The notes beneath the pieces were generated by a model. That model made no database searches. It was not told the DNA's origin and was given only the letters and a program-made list of their open reading frames with translations. Made by a program: the position numbers and the translations under genes. From Sphingobacteriia bacterium (GTDB taxonomy: Bacteria > Bacteroidota > Bacteroidia > Bacteroidales > 4484-276), in assembly GCA_009930115.1 (NCBI GenBank), contig RZYY01000002.1, forward strand, positions 1 through 54,441: 54,441 nt of DNA, written 5' to 3'. Position 1 is the stretch's first letter. Every line of letters begins with the position of its first letter. Shown here in pieces: positions 1 through 7,223 of the stretch.

Positions 1-392
1 GTTATGTTTTGTGGTTGCAAATGCAAACATACAACATACGGGGCAGTTATATAATTTATACTGCCCCTATTTTCTTGGTTTTTAGTCGGACAGTAGTGAT
101 AATCAATATGTAAATAAATAGATCCTTGTTCTGACAACAATTCTCTCAATAATATTAGTCTTTCTCTTATAAATTCAATAAATTCTTTCCCTTTAATAAT
201 GTCTGTATATGCTATGTTCCCATTTTTGGAGGTACTTACTGTTGAGACACGATCATTCGAAATTGTGAAGTTTCCTCCTGTTGCAAATGGAGGATCTATA
301 TAAACTAAATCAATCTTACTTTTCAAATATTTTTCTTTAAGTAAGTAATTCAATCCTTTAATATTCTCTGATTTTATCAGTAAGTTTTTCAT
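1..392 (-). pseudogene. 5' fragment of a beta-class N6A/N4C DNA methyltransferase. The frame stays open to the window edge, but family-like sequence stops after about aa 99.
   Basis: My own translation from the ATG at 392-390 gives MKNLLIKSENIKGL..IDLVYIDPPFATGGNF..FIRERLILLRELLSEQGSIYLHIDYH. This contains motif IV (DPPF) and the following helix/strand typical of PF01555-type or type III Mod-type enzymes. Downstream it reads YCPTKNQENRGSINYITAPYVV.., with no recognisable methyltransferase motifs, and runs through a hairpin at 40-67. The start lies 5 nt after the stop of the upstream nuclease gene. This ORF is not in the supplied track. Confidence 0.45.
40..67 (+). terminator. Hairpin GGGGCAG-N14-CTGCCCC followed by T-rich sequence on the + strand. 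It may be the terminator of a + strand gene entering from outside the window.
   Basis: A 7-bp perfect stem was read directly, followed by TATTTTCTTGGTTTTT. A + strand frame-1 ORF (..VMFCGCKCKHTTYGAVI*) stops at 52-54, inside the loop. Confidence 0.35.
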
Positions 393-397
393 AATGT

Positions 398-1180
398 TTA
401 TAATTGATAAAGAAATTCCCGCAAGACTAATGCGCTCATAACATTGTATTCTTTGTACGGGTTAGTTATAAATTTATGCATTTTTGAATTACTCTTCAAA
501 TATAAGACACCATCAAGTATAGCTATTCTAATTGCATTAGTATCTTTGGCTTCAAGGGTTGCTATTGCATCTTCAAAGTCAGAATTTTGAGAACCACCAA
601 AGTCAGATAAAAACTTCGCCTCTCCAATTACATATTTACCATTAAATCTTCCTACAAAGTCAAGACCTTTGTCTCTGTAATAGTTTAAATTATCTTTGGC
701 GAATTTCTTCTTTTCATCATCACTTGCCTTTAATATTGCATCATCACTTGTTTTAAGAAATTCATCCAATCCGACAGGCTGAACACCTAATGATTTTTTG
801 TCCAGCCAATTACTAAACATCGGCCCAATTTGTCTATTGGTTTCTTTAGGTTCACTACATTTTTCTTGTATTTTATTCAGACCCATTTCGTAAAGTCTTC
901 CGCAAAGTCTATTAACAGTCCGTGGATTTCTGTTTATTGAAGTTTTATCTTTTTTTAAAAAAGCTACATAGCTGTCTTTTATTGGAAATAAATCCAAATT
1001 AAAAAGGTTTTTCAGAAATTCCATGTTATTTTTTTCATTAAATGCTTTTTCAACTTTCCTCCAGATTTCTTCATTAATTGTCCTTATACCATCTGGAATT
1101 GTCGGATAAACATGAAATAAATCATCAAGATATGATCTTTGATTTGCGTATTCTATACTAAAATTAGTCCATTTATTCAT
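398..1180 (-). CDS. PD-(D/E)XK nuclease, probably a type II restriction endonuclease
   Basis: The 260-aa ORF contains GLDFVGRFNGKYVIGEAKF, a D-x12-E-x-K catalytic-type motif. It sits immediately upstream of a DNA methyltransferase fragment on the same strand. The region is AT-rich. The subfamily is not identifiable by eye. Confidence 0.55.
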   Translation of the reverse strand: MNKWTNFSIEYANQRSYLDDLFHVYPTIPDGIRTINEEIWRKVEKAFNEKNNMEFLKNLFNLDLFPIKDSYVAFLKKDKTSINRNPRTVNRLCGRLYEMGLNKIQEKCSEPKETNRQIGPMFSNWLDKKSLGVQPVGLDEFLKTSDDAILKASDDEKKKFAKDNLNYYRDKGLDFVGRFNGKYVIGEAKFLSDFGGSQNSDFEDAIATLEAKDTNAIRIAILDGVLYLKSNSKMHKFITNPYKEYNVMSALVLREFLYQL

Positions 1181-1194
1181 TTTTTAATTTTTTA

Positions 1195-1227
1195 CAAAGA
1201 TAAATAATTTTTCATGGTTTAGTCAAA
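1195..1227 (-). promoter_or_regulatory. Putative Bacteroidota sigma-A promoter (-33 TTTG / -7 TATCTTTG) proximal to the 398-1180 gene
   Basis: The minus strand reads TTTG-N21-TATCTTTG, with the -7 box 14 nt before the ATG at 1180. This matches the TAnnTTTG consensus. Confidence 0.35.
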
Positions 1228-1305
1228 TTTAGCTTTGATATCAGAGTTTAATTCTTTTATGACAGCGCTTTACCTTGATTTAACCTGTTGCCGGTCGTTG
1301 CAGAG

Positions 1306-1415
1306 TTCTCATTGTGATTAATTTTATTATTCAATGAATTTATTTTTTGGTTACAAAGATATTGACTTTCAACAAATTTTCAAATCGAAACAAGTTTTTT
1401 TTGAAAAATTTTGTC
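1306..1415. repeat. Direct repeat copy A (~110 bp), paired with 3906-4015
   Basis: Aligned by eye. The first 34 nt (ttctcattgtgattaattttattattcaatgaat) are identical. The rest differs by a few substitutions and 1-nt indels. Confidence 0.9.
1354..1384 (-). promoter_or_regulatory. Promoter-like -33/-7 pair inside repeat copy A
   Basis: The minus strand reads TTTG-N19-TATCTTTG. An A8 tract lies just upstream on the minus strand. Confidence 0.35.
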
Positions 1416-1499
1416 GGTCAGGAAGATTGAAATGTCCGGAAGTGTTTGTCGGTAGTCGTGCATGATGAGTATCAAGTGTAGGCAGTCTATGGGATTTAA

Positions 1500-2177
1500 T
1501 TATCCTTTAAGTCGAATAATTTCTTTTTTGATTTCATCAATTACTTCTTTGTTTTTAATTTCTTTTTTATCTCCTATTTTTTCAGAAAACAGATAAAAAA
1601 CTTTGCCCCCAAAAACTTCAGTAAATTTTTTGTGAGTTTCAGCCTGTAAACCATATTCCTTAAAGATTTCGGGCAACTGAATCCCACTATTAATTGGCTT
1701 TATTTGAAGTCCAATGTATTTTTCTCCAACTTGTATATAAAAGTCAACGTTGAATAATCTATCCCATTCGTCTGGTGCAGGTTGAACAGCGATTTTTAAT
1801 ATTTTTTGTAATTGTCCATAAACGGTTTGTATTTCAGTCATATAGCCATCGAATGTACGATCAATAACAAGTTGTATCATATAATCAATACAATCTTGTT
1901 CTGTTACTTCTGCTACTTCTGATTGAATAACTTCTGTTATTTTAACATACAATTTTTTCCCTAATTCTTCTATGTGTTCTTTGGGTTTAACATTCTTAAA
2001 GTAATACGCACGCCATTCTTCCAGTTTTTTCGGAGAACATTTTCTGATTGATTCAGAAGTTGGTCCAACATTTCTTTTAAAGTTTAGCTGGTAGCGATTC
2101 ATCGCACTGTTTAAAATCCATTCTTTAGCCATAATATTAAATTTTGAATATTGTTTATAGGTATCTATGATTTTCAC
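1500..2177 (-). CDS. Probable type II restriction endonuclease partnered with the upstream methyltransferase. From memory it resembles the MjaI-like family.
   Basis: The 225-aa ORF contains NVDFYIQVGEKYIGLQIKP, a D..E/Q-x-K-like block. It is co-directional with and downstream of the 2464-3756 methyltransferase. The track start is GTG at 2177, and an ATG alternative lies at 2132 (MAKEWILNS..). Confidence 0.5.
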   Translation of the reverse strand: MKIIDTYKQYSKFNIMAKEWILNSAMNRYQLNFKRNVGPTSESIRKCSPKKLEEWRAYYFKNVKPKEHIEELGKKLYVKITEVIQSEVAEVTEQDCIDYMIQLVIDRTFDGYMTEIQTVYGQLQKILKIAVQPAPDEWDRLFNVDFYIQVGEKYIGLQIKPINSGIQLPEIFKEYGLQAETHKKFTEVFGGKVFYLFSEKIGDKKEIKNKEVIDEIKKEIIRLKG

Positions 2178-2463
2178 TGAATTTTCAATAAAGTTAAAAC
2201 TCTATTCTTCTGAGGTTCAAAATTTATCAATATTTGTTGTCTGCCAATAAAAAGATAAAATCCAATTGAATTTGCAACTGAACTCATTAAAAGATGATCA
2301 TTAGTGGTAGATTTTTTTTAATAAAATTCCTATTAGTCTTTGATTACAACTTGTGGGGAATCCAGTTTGACGAAACAGTTTTGTTTCTTTCTGAATAATT
2401 GTTAATGAGTTTTTGATGCCTGTATGAATAATCATGGTCAAAAGATGATAAATGTTTGTTTGA

Positions 2464-3756
2464 TTAAATGCTGTTTTTTTGAAAAAGTAAAAATTTTTTC
2501 TTGTATTTATAATCAATACTTTTATCTGCTTGCACCAGTCCATTTTTAATCAAATGAGCATTTATAAATGTTTTATTTTCAAGATAAATGTAGCAAAGTA
2601 GGTTGTTATCGCTGTCATGTTTCACATTATCATATTTTAGAAATACTCGTTTACCTTTTGTTTTTTCTGTCAGGAATGATATTGCTTTACCGTTAATTGC
2701 AGGAGCTTCCTTTACACCAAGAAGTTTAATGATTAGGCCGTTACTTAAACGAATCTTTTCGGGACTGATAATTTCTTTAACTGTAAACAATTCTTCGCGT
2801 TTGCTTGAGCTTTCTATGTCAATCTTGGAGCCGAACTGAAGTTTCTTTACATCAATTTTTTTGTCCAGAGTGTGCGGATCTTTGAAGATGTAAGGTAGTT
2901 TATTGATTTCATTTTCAAAATTCGTTTTTAATTGATCCTGAGTTGTGAATTCATAGGTTGTTCCATTCAAATCGTTTTGATGAATTTCTAATTTCTCTTT
3001 AATAAGAGGGATAAAGTCAGGATTGATTTCATAACTAACAGAATTCCTATCTAGTTTTTTTGCTACCAATGCCGTTGTACCACTGCCTAAAAATGGATCA
3101 AGAATAGTTTCGCCAACAAACGAAAACATTTTTATAAGTCTTTTTGGTAATTCTTCCGGAAACATTGCAATATGTCCATTTTGTCTTGCCCCAGCAAAAT
3201 TCCAATGTCCCGCAAAGTTTGTGTTCCATTCCTCAGCAGACATTTTAGACAATTCCTTCTGCTCTTTCGATGGTTTTGGTGCGTCCCCAAGCTTTTTAAA
3301 AACTAAAATAAACTCATAGTCAAGTTTCAGTATACCGTTTCTGGGATAAGGATATGAACCCATTTGAACACCACCGCCTGTTGTGTTTGAAGTCGTTACT
3401 TTTTGCCATATAATTGCACCCATGTAGTCAAATCCTGCGTTCTCGCAAAATTTGATTATTTCTTCACGAATCGGAATGACTTTATAACGACCATAATAAA
3501 CAGCTCTGGCAAATTGGTCGCCAATGTTTACGCATAACCTGCAACCATTGTGAAGAGTACGATAGCATTCTTTCCAAACTAAATTCAGGTTGTTGATGTA
3601 ATTTTCATAACTGTGATGAAAGCCAATTTGATTATTTGTTCCATAGTCTTTCAATTGCCAGTATGGTGGAGAAGTAATTGCCAAATGTACTGAATTGTCA
3701 GGTAATTCATTCATTTTCCTGCTGTCTCCGATTATTATTCTATGATGAGTTTCCAT
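2464..3756 (-). CDS. N4-cytosine/N6-adenine DNA methyltransferase (PF01555-type, SPPY motif) with a C-terminal degenerate staphylococcal-nuclease-like domain
   Basis: Motif IV is LAITSPPYWQ near the N-terminus. Motif I is ILDPFLGSGTTALVA late in the sequence, which is the beta-class order. The C-terminal ~95 aa (KIRLSNGLIIKLLGVKEAP..VFLKYD..LLCYIYLENKTFINAHLIKNGLV) follow the SNase/thermonuclease pattern. Confidence 0.85.
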   Translation of the reverse strand: METHHRIIIGDSRKMNELPDNSVHLAITSPPYWQLKDYGTNNQIGFHHSYENYINNLNLVWKECYRTLHNGCRLCVNIGDQFARAVYYGRYKVIPIREEIIKFCENAGFDYMGAIIWQKVTTSNTTGGGVQMGSYPYPRNGILKLDYEFILVFKKLGDAPKPSKEQKELSKMSAEEWNTNFAGHWNFAGARQNGHIAMFPEELPKRLIKMFSFVGETILDPFLGSGTTALVAKKLDRNSVSYEINPDFIPLIKEKLEIHQNDLNGTTYEFTTQDQLKTNFENEINKLPYIFKDPHTLDKKIDVKKLQFGSKIDIESSSKREELFTVKEIISPEKIRLSNGLIIKLLGVKEAPAINGKAISFLTEKTKGKRVFLKYDNVKHDSDNNLLCYIYLENKTFINAHLIKNGLVQADKSIDYKYKKKFLLFQKNSI

Positions 3757-3905
3757 TCAGATTTCAATTCATGCAAAGATACTCAAATTAGCAAACATTT
3801 TCTTAGATTTTTATTAGAGGATGTTTCCCCATTAAACCCAACTCATTTCTTGACCCTGCAAAAGTGCTCGCTGATTTGAAGTGTTGCAAACTTGTCATTT
3901 GTATA

Positions 3906-4015
3906 TTCTCATTGTGATTAATTTTATTATTCAATGAATATTATGTTTTGGTTTCAAAGATATTGACATTCAACAAATTTTCAAATCGAAACAAGTTTTT
4001 TTTGAAAATTTTATC
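3906..4015. repeat. Direct repeat copy B (~110 bp), paired with 1306-1415
   Basis: See copy A. This copy lies directly upstream (minus-strand sense) of the methyltransferase start at 3756. Confidence 0.9.
3955..3985 (-). promoter_or_regulatory. Promoter-like -33/-7 pair inside repeat copy B, the likely promoter of the M-R operon 3756->1500
   Basis: The minus strand reads TTTG-N19-TATCTTTG, identical to copy A, about 200 nt upstream of the ATG at 3756. Confidence 0.4.
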
Positions 4016-4888
4016 TGTTTCAAGGGCGGAACTTTCTGTAAAAGCTTTTTCGATGTCCGTGAAGTATGATTATCAACTCTAACTGTTTGTTCTTTAAGCA
4101 AAAAGGGAGATAAAAACAATACAGGATTAAAAAGCAATCTGTTGGTCTTCGACGGTTTCTTTTTTCCGATCTGCCGGCATCAGGCCATCTGAATCTGATA
4201 AAGATTTGTGAAATGATTATACTTCCTGAAAGGAGCATCATTTTGCGCTGATCAGAAATGGCTGAAAGGTGCATCAATGGTCTTTGTTCCGGTCAGATTT
4301 TCCGGTTGATTCGTCCAAATTTGTCAAAAGCCGTTGTAGTATTTTACAATACATGGTTGTCATCCCAACTGATTTGCAGTTGTAAAAGCTCCCTGATTTG
4401 ATGAATGCATAAGGACTTTTTTAAGGAAAAGCACCTGTTTTTTTTGTTACTGATTTGTATCAAAAGCACTTTTAATATATATTAAAATAAAAAATGATAT
4501 ATATTAAAAGATAATTTGATGAAACGAATTTTGATGATTTTCATGTACTTTTTTAGCGGCAAGCAAATGATTTTCAGGCAACTTGTTTCTAAATTCGGAA
4601 ATTCTCCTTGCATTCAATTCTCATTCCGGCAGAATGCTTCTGATGAATGAATGTTTAAATTGACTTTTTTCCCGGTAAAAGTTTATTCATTATTCGGAAA
4701 GGTTTCAGAACCAAAACAAAACAGGCGATGGTGTCAGTTTGCTATTACTGGCTGACTATGGCTGCGTGAAACGGATAAACTGAAGCAGAGCCCGGATCAG
4801 CCATGGCATTTATCCATTTCCACAGTAAAGATATTATTTTATCTGTTTGTCAGGGGTTTTGGCAAATGCTGATTTTCCCGGGAAACAC

Positions 4889-5275
4889 TTATTTTTTCCG
4901 GATCGTTTTCAGGCTGAGAATGTGAATGCTTACACTTACAGCAATGACAATCAGCAGAATTTTCAGCCAGACCTGATCAGCTATCCGGAAGGCAGAATAT
5001 AAAATGGTAATCCACAAGAGTGCAATTGAGGATAATTTCACATTCAGCGGAATACCATGATGTTCACGATAGTTGCGAATGTATTTACCCAAATAGCGGT
5101 TATAAATCAACCAGTTATAAAGCCGGTCGGAACTTTTGGCAAAAAGAAAAGCGGCAAGGAGTAAAAAAGGTGTTGTCGGCAACATGGGTACAGGAATGCC
5201 AATCAAACCAAGAATCAGGGCAACTATACCTCCTGCAGTATAAAATATTTTTTTCATTGTCTTTGTTTCTGACAC
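4889..5275 (-). CDS. ybaN: DUF454 / YbaN-family inner membrane protein
   Basis: GLIGIPVPMLPTTPFLLLAAFLFAKSSDRLYNWL is the characteristic YbaN N-terminal signature. About four hydrophobic segments are present. Confidence 0.75.
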   Translation of the reverse strand: MSETKTMKKIFYTAGGIVALILGLIGIPVPMLPTTPFLLLAAFLFAKSSDRLYNWLIYNRYLGKYIRNYREHHGIPLNVKLSSIALLWITILYSAFRIADQVWLKILLIVIAVSVSIHILSLKTIRKK

Positions 5276-5395
5276 ATCGTCATTGATTCTTTTTTCAACC
5301 CCGCTTTTCCTTTAAAAGACACATCATTTTGCAAAGTAAAACGAAATATTTGTTGCAGGATTTATTTTACCTTTGACCAATTAAAAACGTTTAAC

Positions 5396-7168
5396 ATGAA
5401 GAAAATGAATAACAAATTGTCTGTTTTCCTTTTCATAATGATTTTTTCCATGCAGGTAAGTGGCCAAATGCTTTCCTATACAAGACTAACAGCTGGTTTT
5501 GAAATCCCTGAATTTGAGGGTGGGCGAAGTGATTTTCACTTTTCGGATATCAACCATGACGGCCATGTGGATATTCTTTCCATCGGCGATCATGGTAATC
5601 CTGGTCCGGATCAGTCGGGACTATTGATTTGGTTCAATCAGGGTGATGAGAGTTTTGTGAATTTCATGTCCGGTTATTTTGGCTATGGGGGGATTGTTGC
5701 AGGTGATTTGAATAACGATGGTTTCATGGATATAGGAATGGGAATGCATCATAACTATGCAACAACCGGTATTGGCGATCAACTTATTGAGGCAGCGCTT
5801 GGAGATGGAACAGGACAAAACTGGACTCCCTGGGATGTTGGACTGGCTACCAACGGTGAGACCTGGGCTATGTTTGGTACTGATTTCGGTGATGTAAACA
5901 ACGATGGTTATCTTGATCTGGTGAGCATTTCGATGGGCTCCGGCGGCGGAATGCACGTGTACCTGAACCAAACTGATGGAAGCTGGGTACCGTCCTTTGG
6001 TTTTATTGGAAATAACTCGGATAACCTGGTACAGTTTTGCGACATCAATAATGATGGATTTATTGATATTGTGGCTGCTCATGCAGCAGGTACAGCCTGG
6101 TTTGGCGATGGCACCGGAGAGTTTGTGAATGATGATACAGGATTGCCTGCAGCAGGAAGTCAGTCACCAAGAAACGGAATTTCAGCCGGTGATGTGAATA
6201 ACGATGGTGGTTGTGGCTTTGCCTTTATTACGCTGGAAGGCGGAATAAAGGTTTTCGAATGGAATGAAGCAGAAAGCGCATGGGTTGATTACTCCGGTAA
6301 TCTGCCATCGGCAGGCACTGCAAGGCTTAGTCAGCTTTTTGATATGAATGCTGACGGATTTACAGATGTATTGGCTTTCGGGGATCAGGTCATTCAATTG
6401 TGGCTTGGTACCGGTGCTGATAACTGGATTGAAGATGCTGTCTTTCAAACTGCGGCAGCTTCGGGTGAGGCTCAGGCCTTTCGCGTTGGAGGAGACCTGG
6501 ATCACAACGGACATGGTGATATCGTCCTGCTGGCTGAAGAAGGTCCTTGGTACAATTATCAGAACATCATGTATGTATTTGTTGAGGATGATGTGCCCGA
6601 AAATCTTTGGATTAGACCTTTGTATCCAAAAGGAAATGAAAAACTTTACCCTGGCTCAGTCCGTAATATCTCCTGGGCATCAGCAGTTCCCAATAATTCT
6701 GCTTCACTGGTTAAAATCGAAATCTCTGCTTTCGGCCCTGATGGTCCCTGGTGGCATTTAGCTGACAGCCTTATGAATAATGGTCGTTTTCAGTGGACAG
6801 TGCCTGATTATGGATCAGATAATTGTTATCTCCGGCTCACCGTTAATGATGGTGTCGACGAAGCATCATACATTACCGAAATGCCTTTTACCATCATTGG
6901 TGAACCAACTTCGGCTCCTTCAGTCCCAAAAATCAGCAGCACTGATGTTTTTCCTAATCCGGGCAACTGTAATATCTTTTTGAATGCTTCGAAGAAAATT
7001 TTACTCTTCGAATTGATTAATCCTTCGGGATTGATCGTGTTATCTGTTGAGCATCCAGGGCACAGCATCAATACGAAACAACTTCAAACCGGCGTGTATT
7101 TTTATCGTTTCTTTATGGAAGATGGTCGCCGGATTACCGGTAAATGGATAAAAAAAACCAAAGAATAG
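5396..7168 (+). CDS. FG-GAP/VCBS-repeat (integrin-alpha-like beta-propeller) protein with a T9SS C-terminal sorting domain
   Basis: A signal peptide is present. Ca-binding-like loops recur (DINHDGHVDI, GDLNNDGFMDI, GDVNNDGYLDL, DINNDGFIDI, DMNADGFTDV). The C-terminus reads VFPNPGNCNIFL...GVYFYRF..GKWIKK. Confidence 0.8.
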   Translation: MKKMNNKLSVFLFIMIFSMQVSGQMLSYTRLTAGFEIPEFEGGRSDFHFSDINHDGHVDILSIGDHGNPGPDQSGLLIWFNQGDESFVNFMSGYFGYGGIVAGDLNNDGFMDIGMGMHHNYATTGIGDQLIEAALGDGTGQNWTPWDVGLATNGETWAMFGTDFGDVNNDGYLDLVSISMGSGGGMHVYLNQTDGSWVPSFGFIGNNSDNLVQFCDINNDGFIDIVAAHAAGTAWFGDGTGEFVNDDTGLPAAGSQSPRNGISAGDVNNDGGCGFAFITLEGGIKVFEWNEAESAWVDYSGNLPSAGTARLSQLFDMNADGFTDVLAFGDQVIQLWLGTGADNWIEDAVFQTAAASGEAQAFRVGGDLDHNGHGDIVLLAEEGPWYNYQNIMYVFVEDDVPENLWIRPLYPKGNEKLYPGSVRNISWASAVPNNSASLVKIEISAFGPDGPWWHLADSLMNNGRFQWTVPDYGSDNCYLRLTVNDGVDEASYITEMPFTIIGEPTSAPSVPKISSTDVFPNPGNCNIFLNASKKILLFELINPSGLIVLSVEHPGHSINTKQLQTGVYFYRFFMEDGRRITGKWIKKTKE

Positions 7169-7223
7169 TAGTGGAGAAGACTTTTTCTTTCACTATTTCT
7201 GAAAAATTAATCTGACGTTTAAA

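Noticed and set aside
4-54. Tiny Cys-rich + strand ORF (MFCGCKCKHTTYGAVI) at the window edge, considered as a RiPP/bacteriocin-like peptide
   Set aside because: Only 16-17 codons are visible. It may be the tail of a longer ORF starting outside the window. I mention it only as context for the hairpin at 40-67.
950-962. T7A6 homopolymer run inside the 398-1180 nuclease gene, considered as a phase-variation tract
   Set aside because: The tracts are shorter than typical contingency loci and are common in DNA this AT-rich.
2301-2543. 80-codon ORF between and overlapping the methylase and nuclease, considered as a possible C (controller) protein
   Set aside because: It overlaps the 3' end of the methylase in another frame. 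It has no helix-turn-helix pattern and its composition is implausible.
4020-4277. 85-codon minus-strand ORF in the non-coding stretch next to the R-M island
   Set aside because: Its composition is junk-like (Arg/Ser/Ile runs). It has no start context, recognisable motif or partner, and it overlaps short direct repeats. I treat it as non-coding.
5621-6761. Long alternative-frame or antisense ORFs inside large genes. Examples are 5621-6082(-), 6182-6514(-), 6348-6761(+), 10829-11260(+), 20960-21328(-) and 49825-50316(-).
   Set aside because: Each is fully embedded in a gene with strong family motifs. Their sequences are low-complexity and motif-free, as expected by chance within long ORFs.
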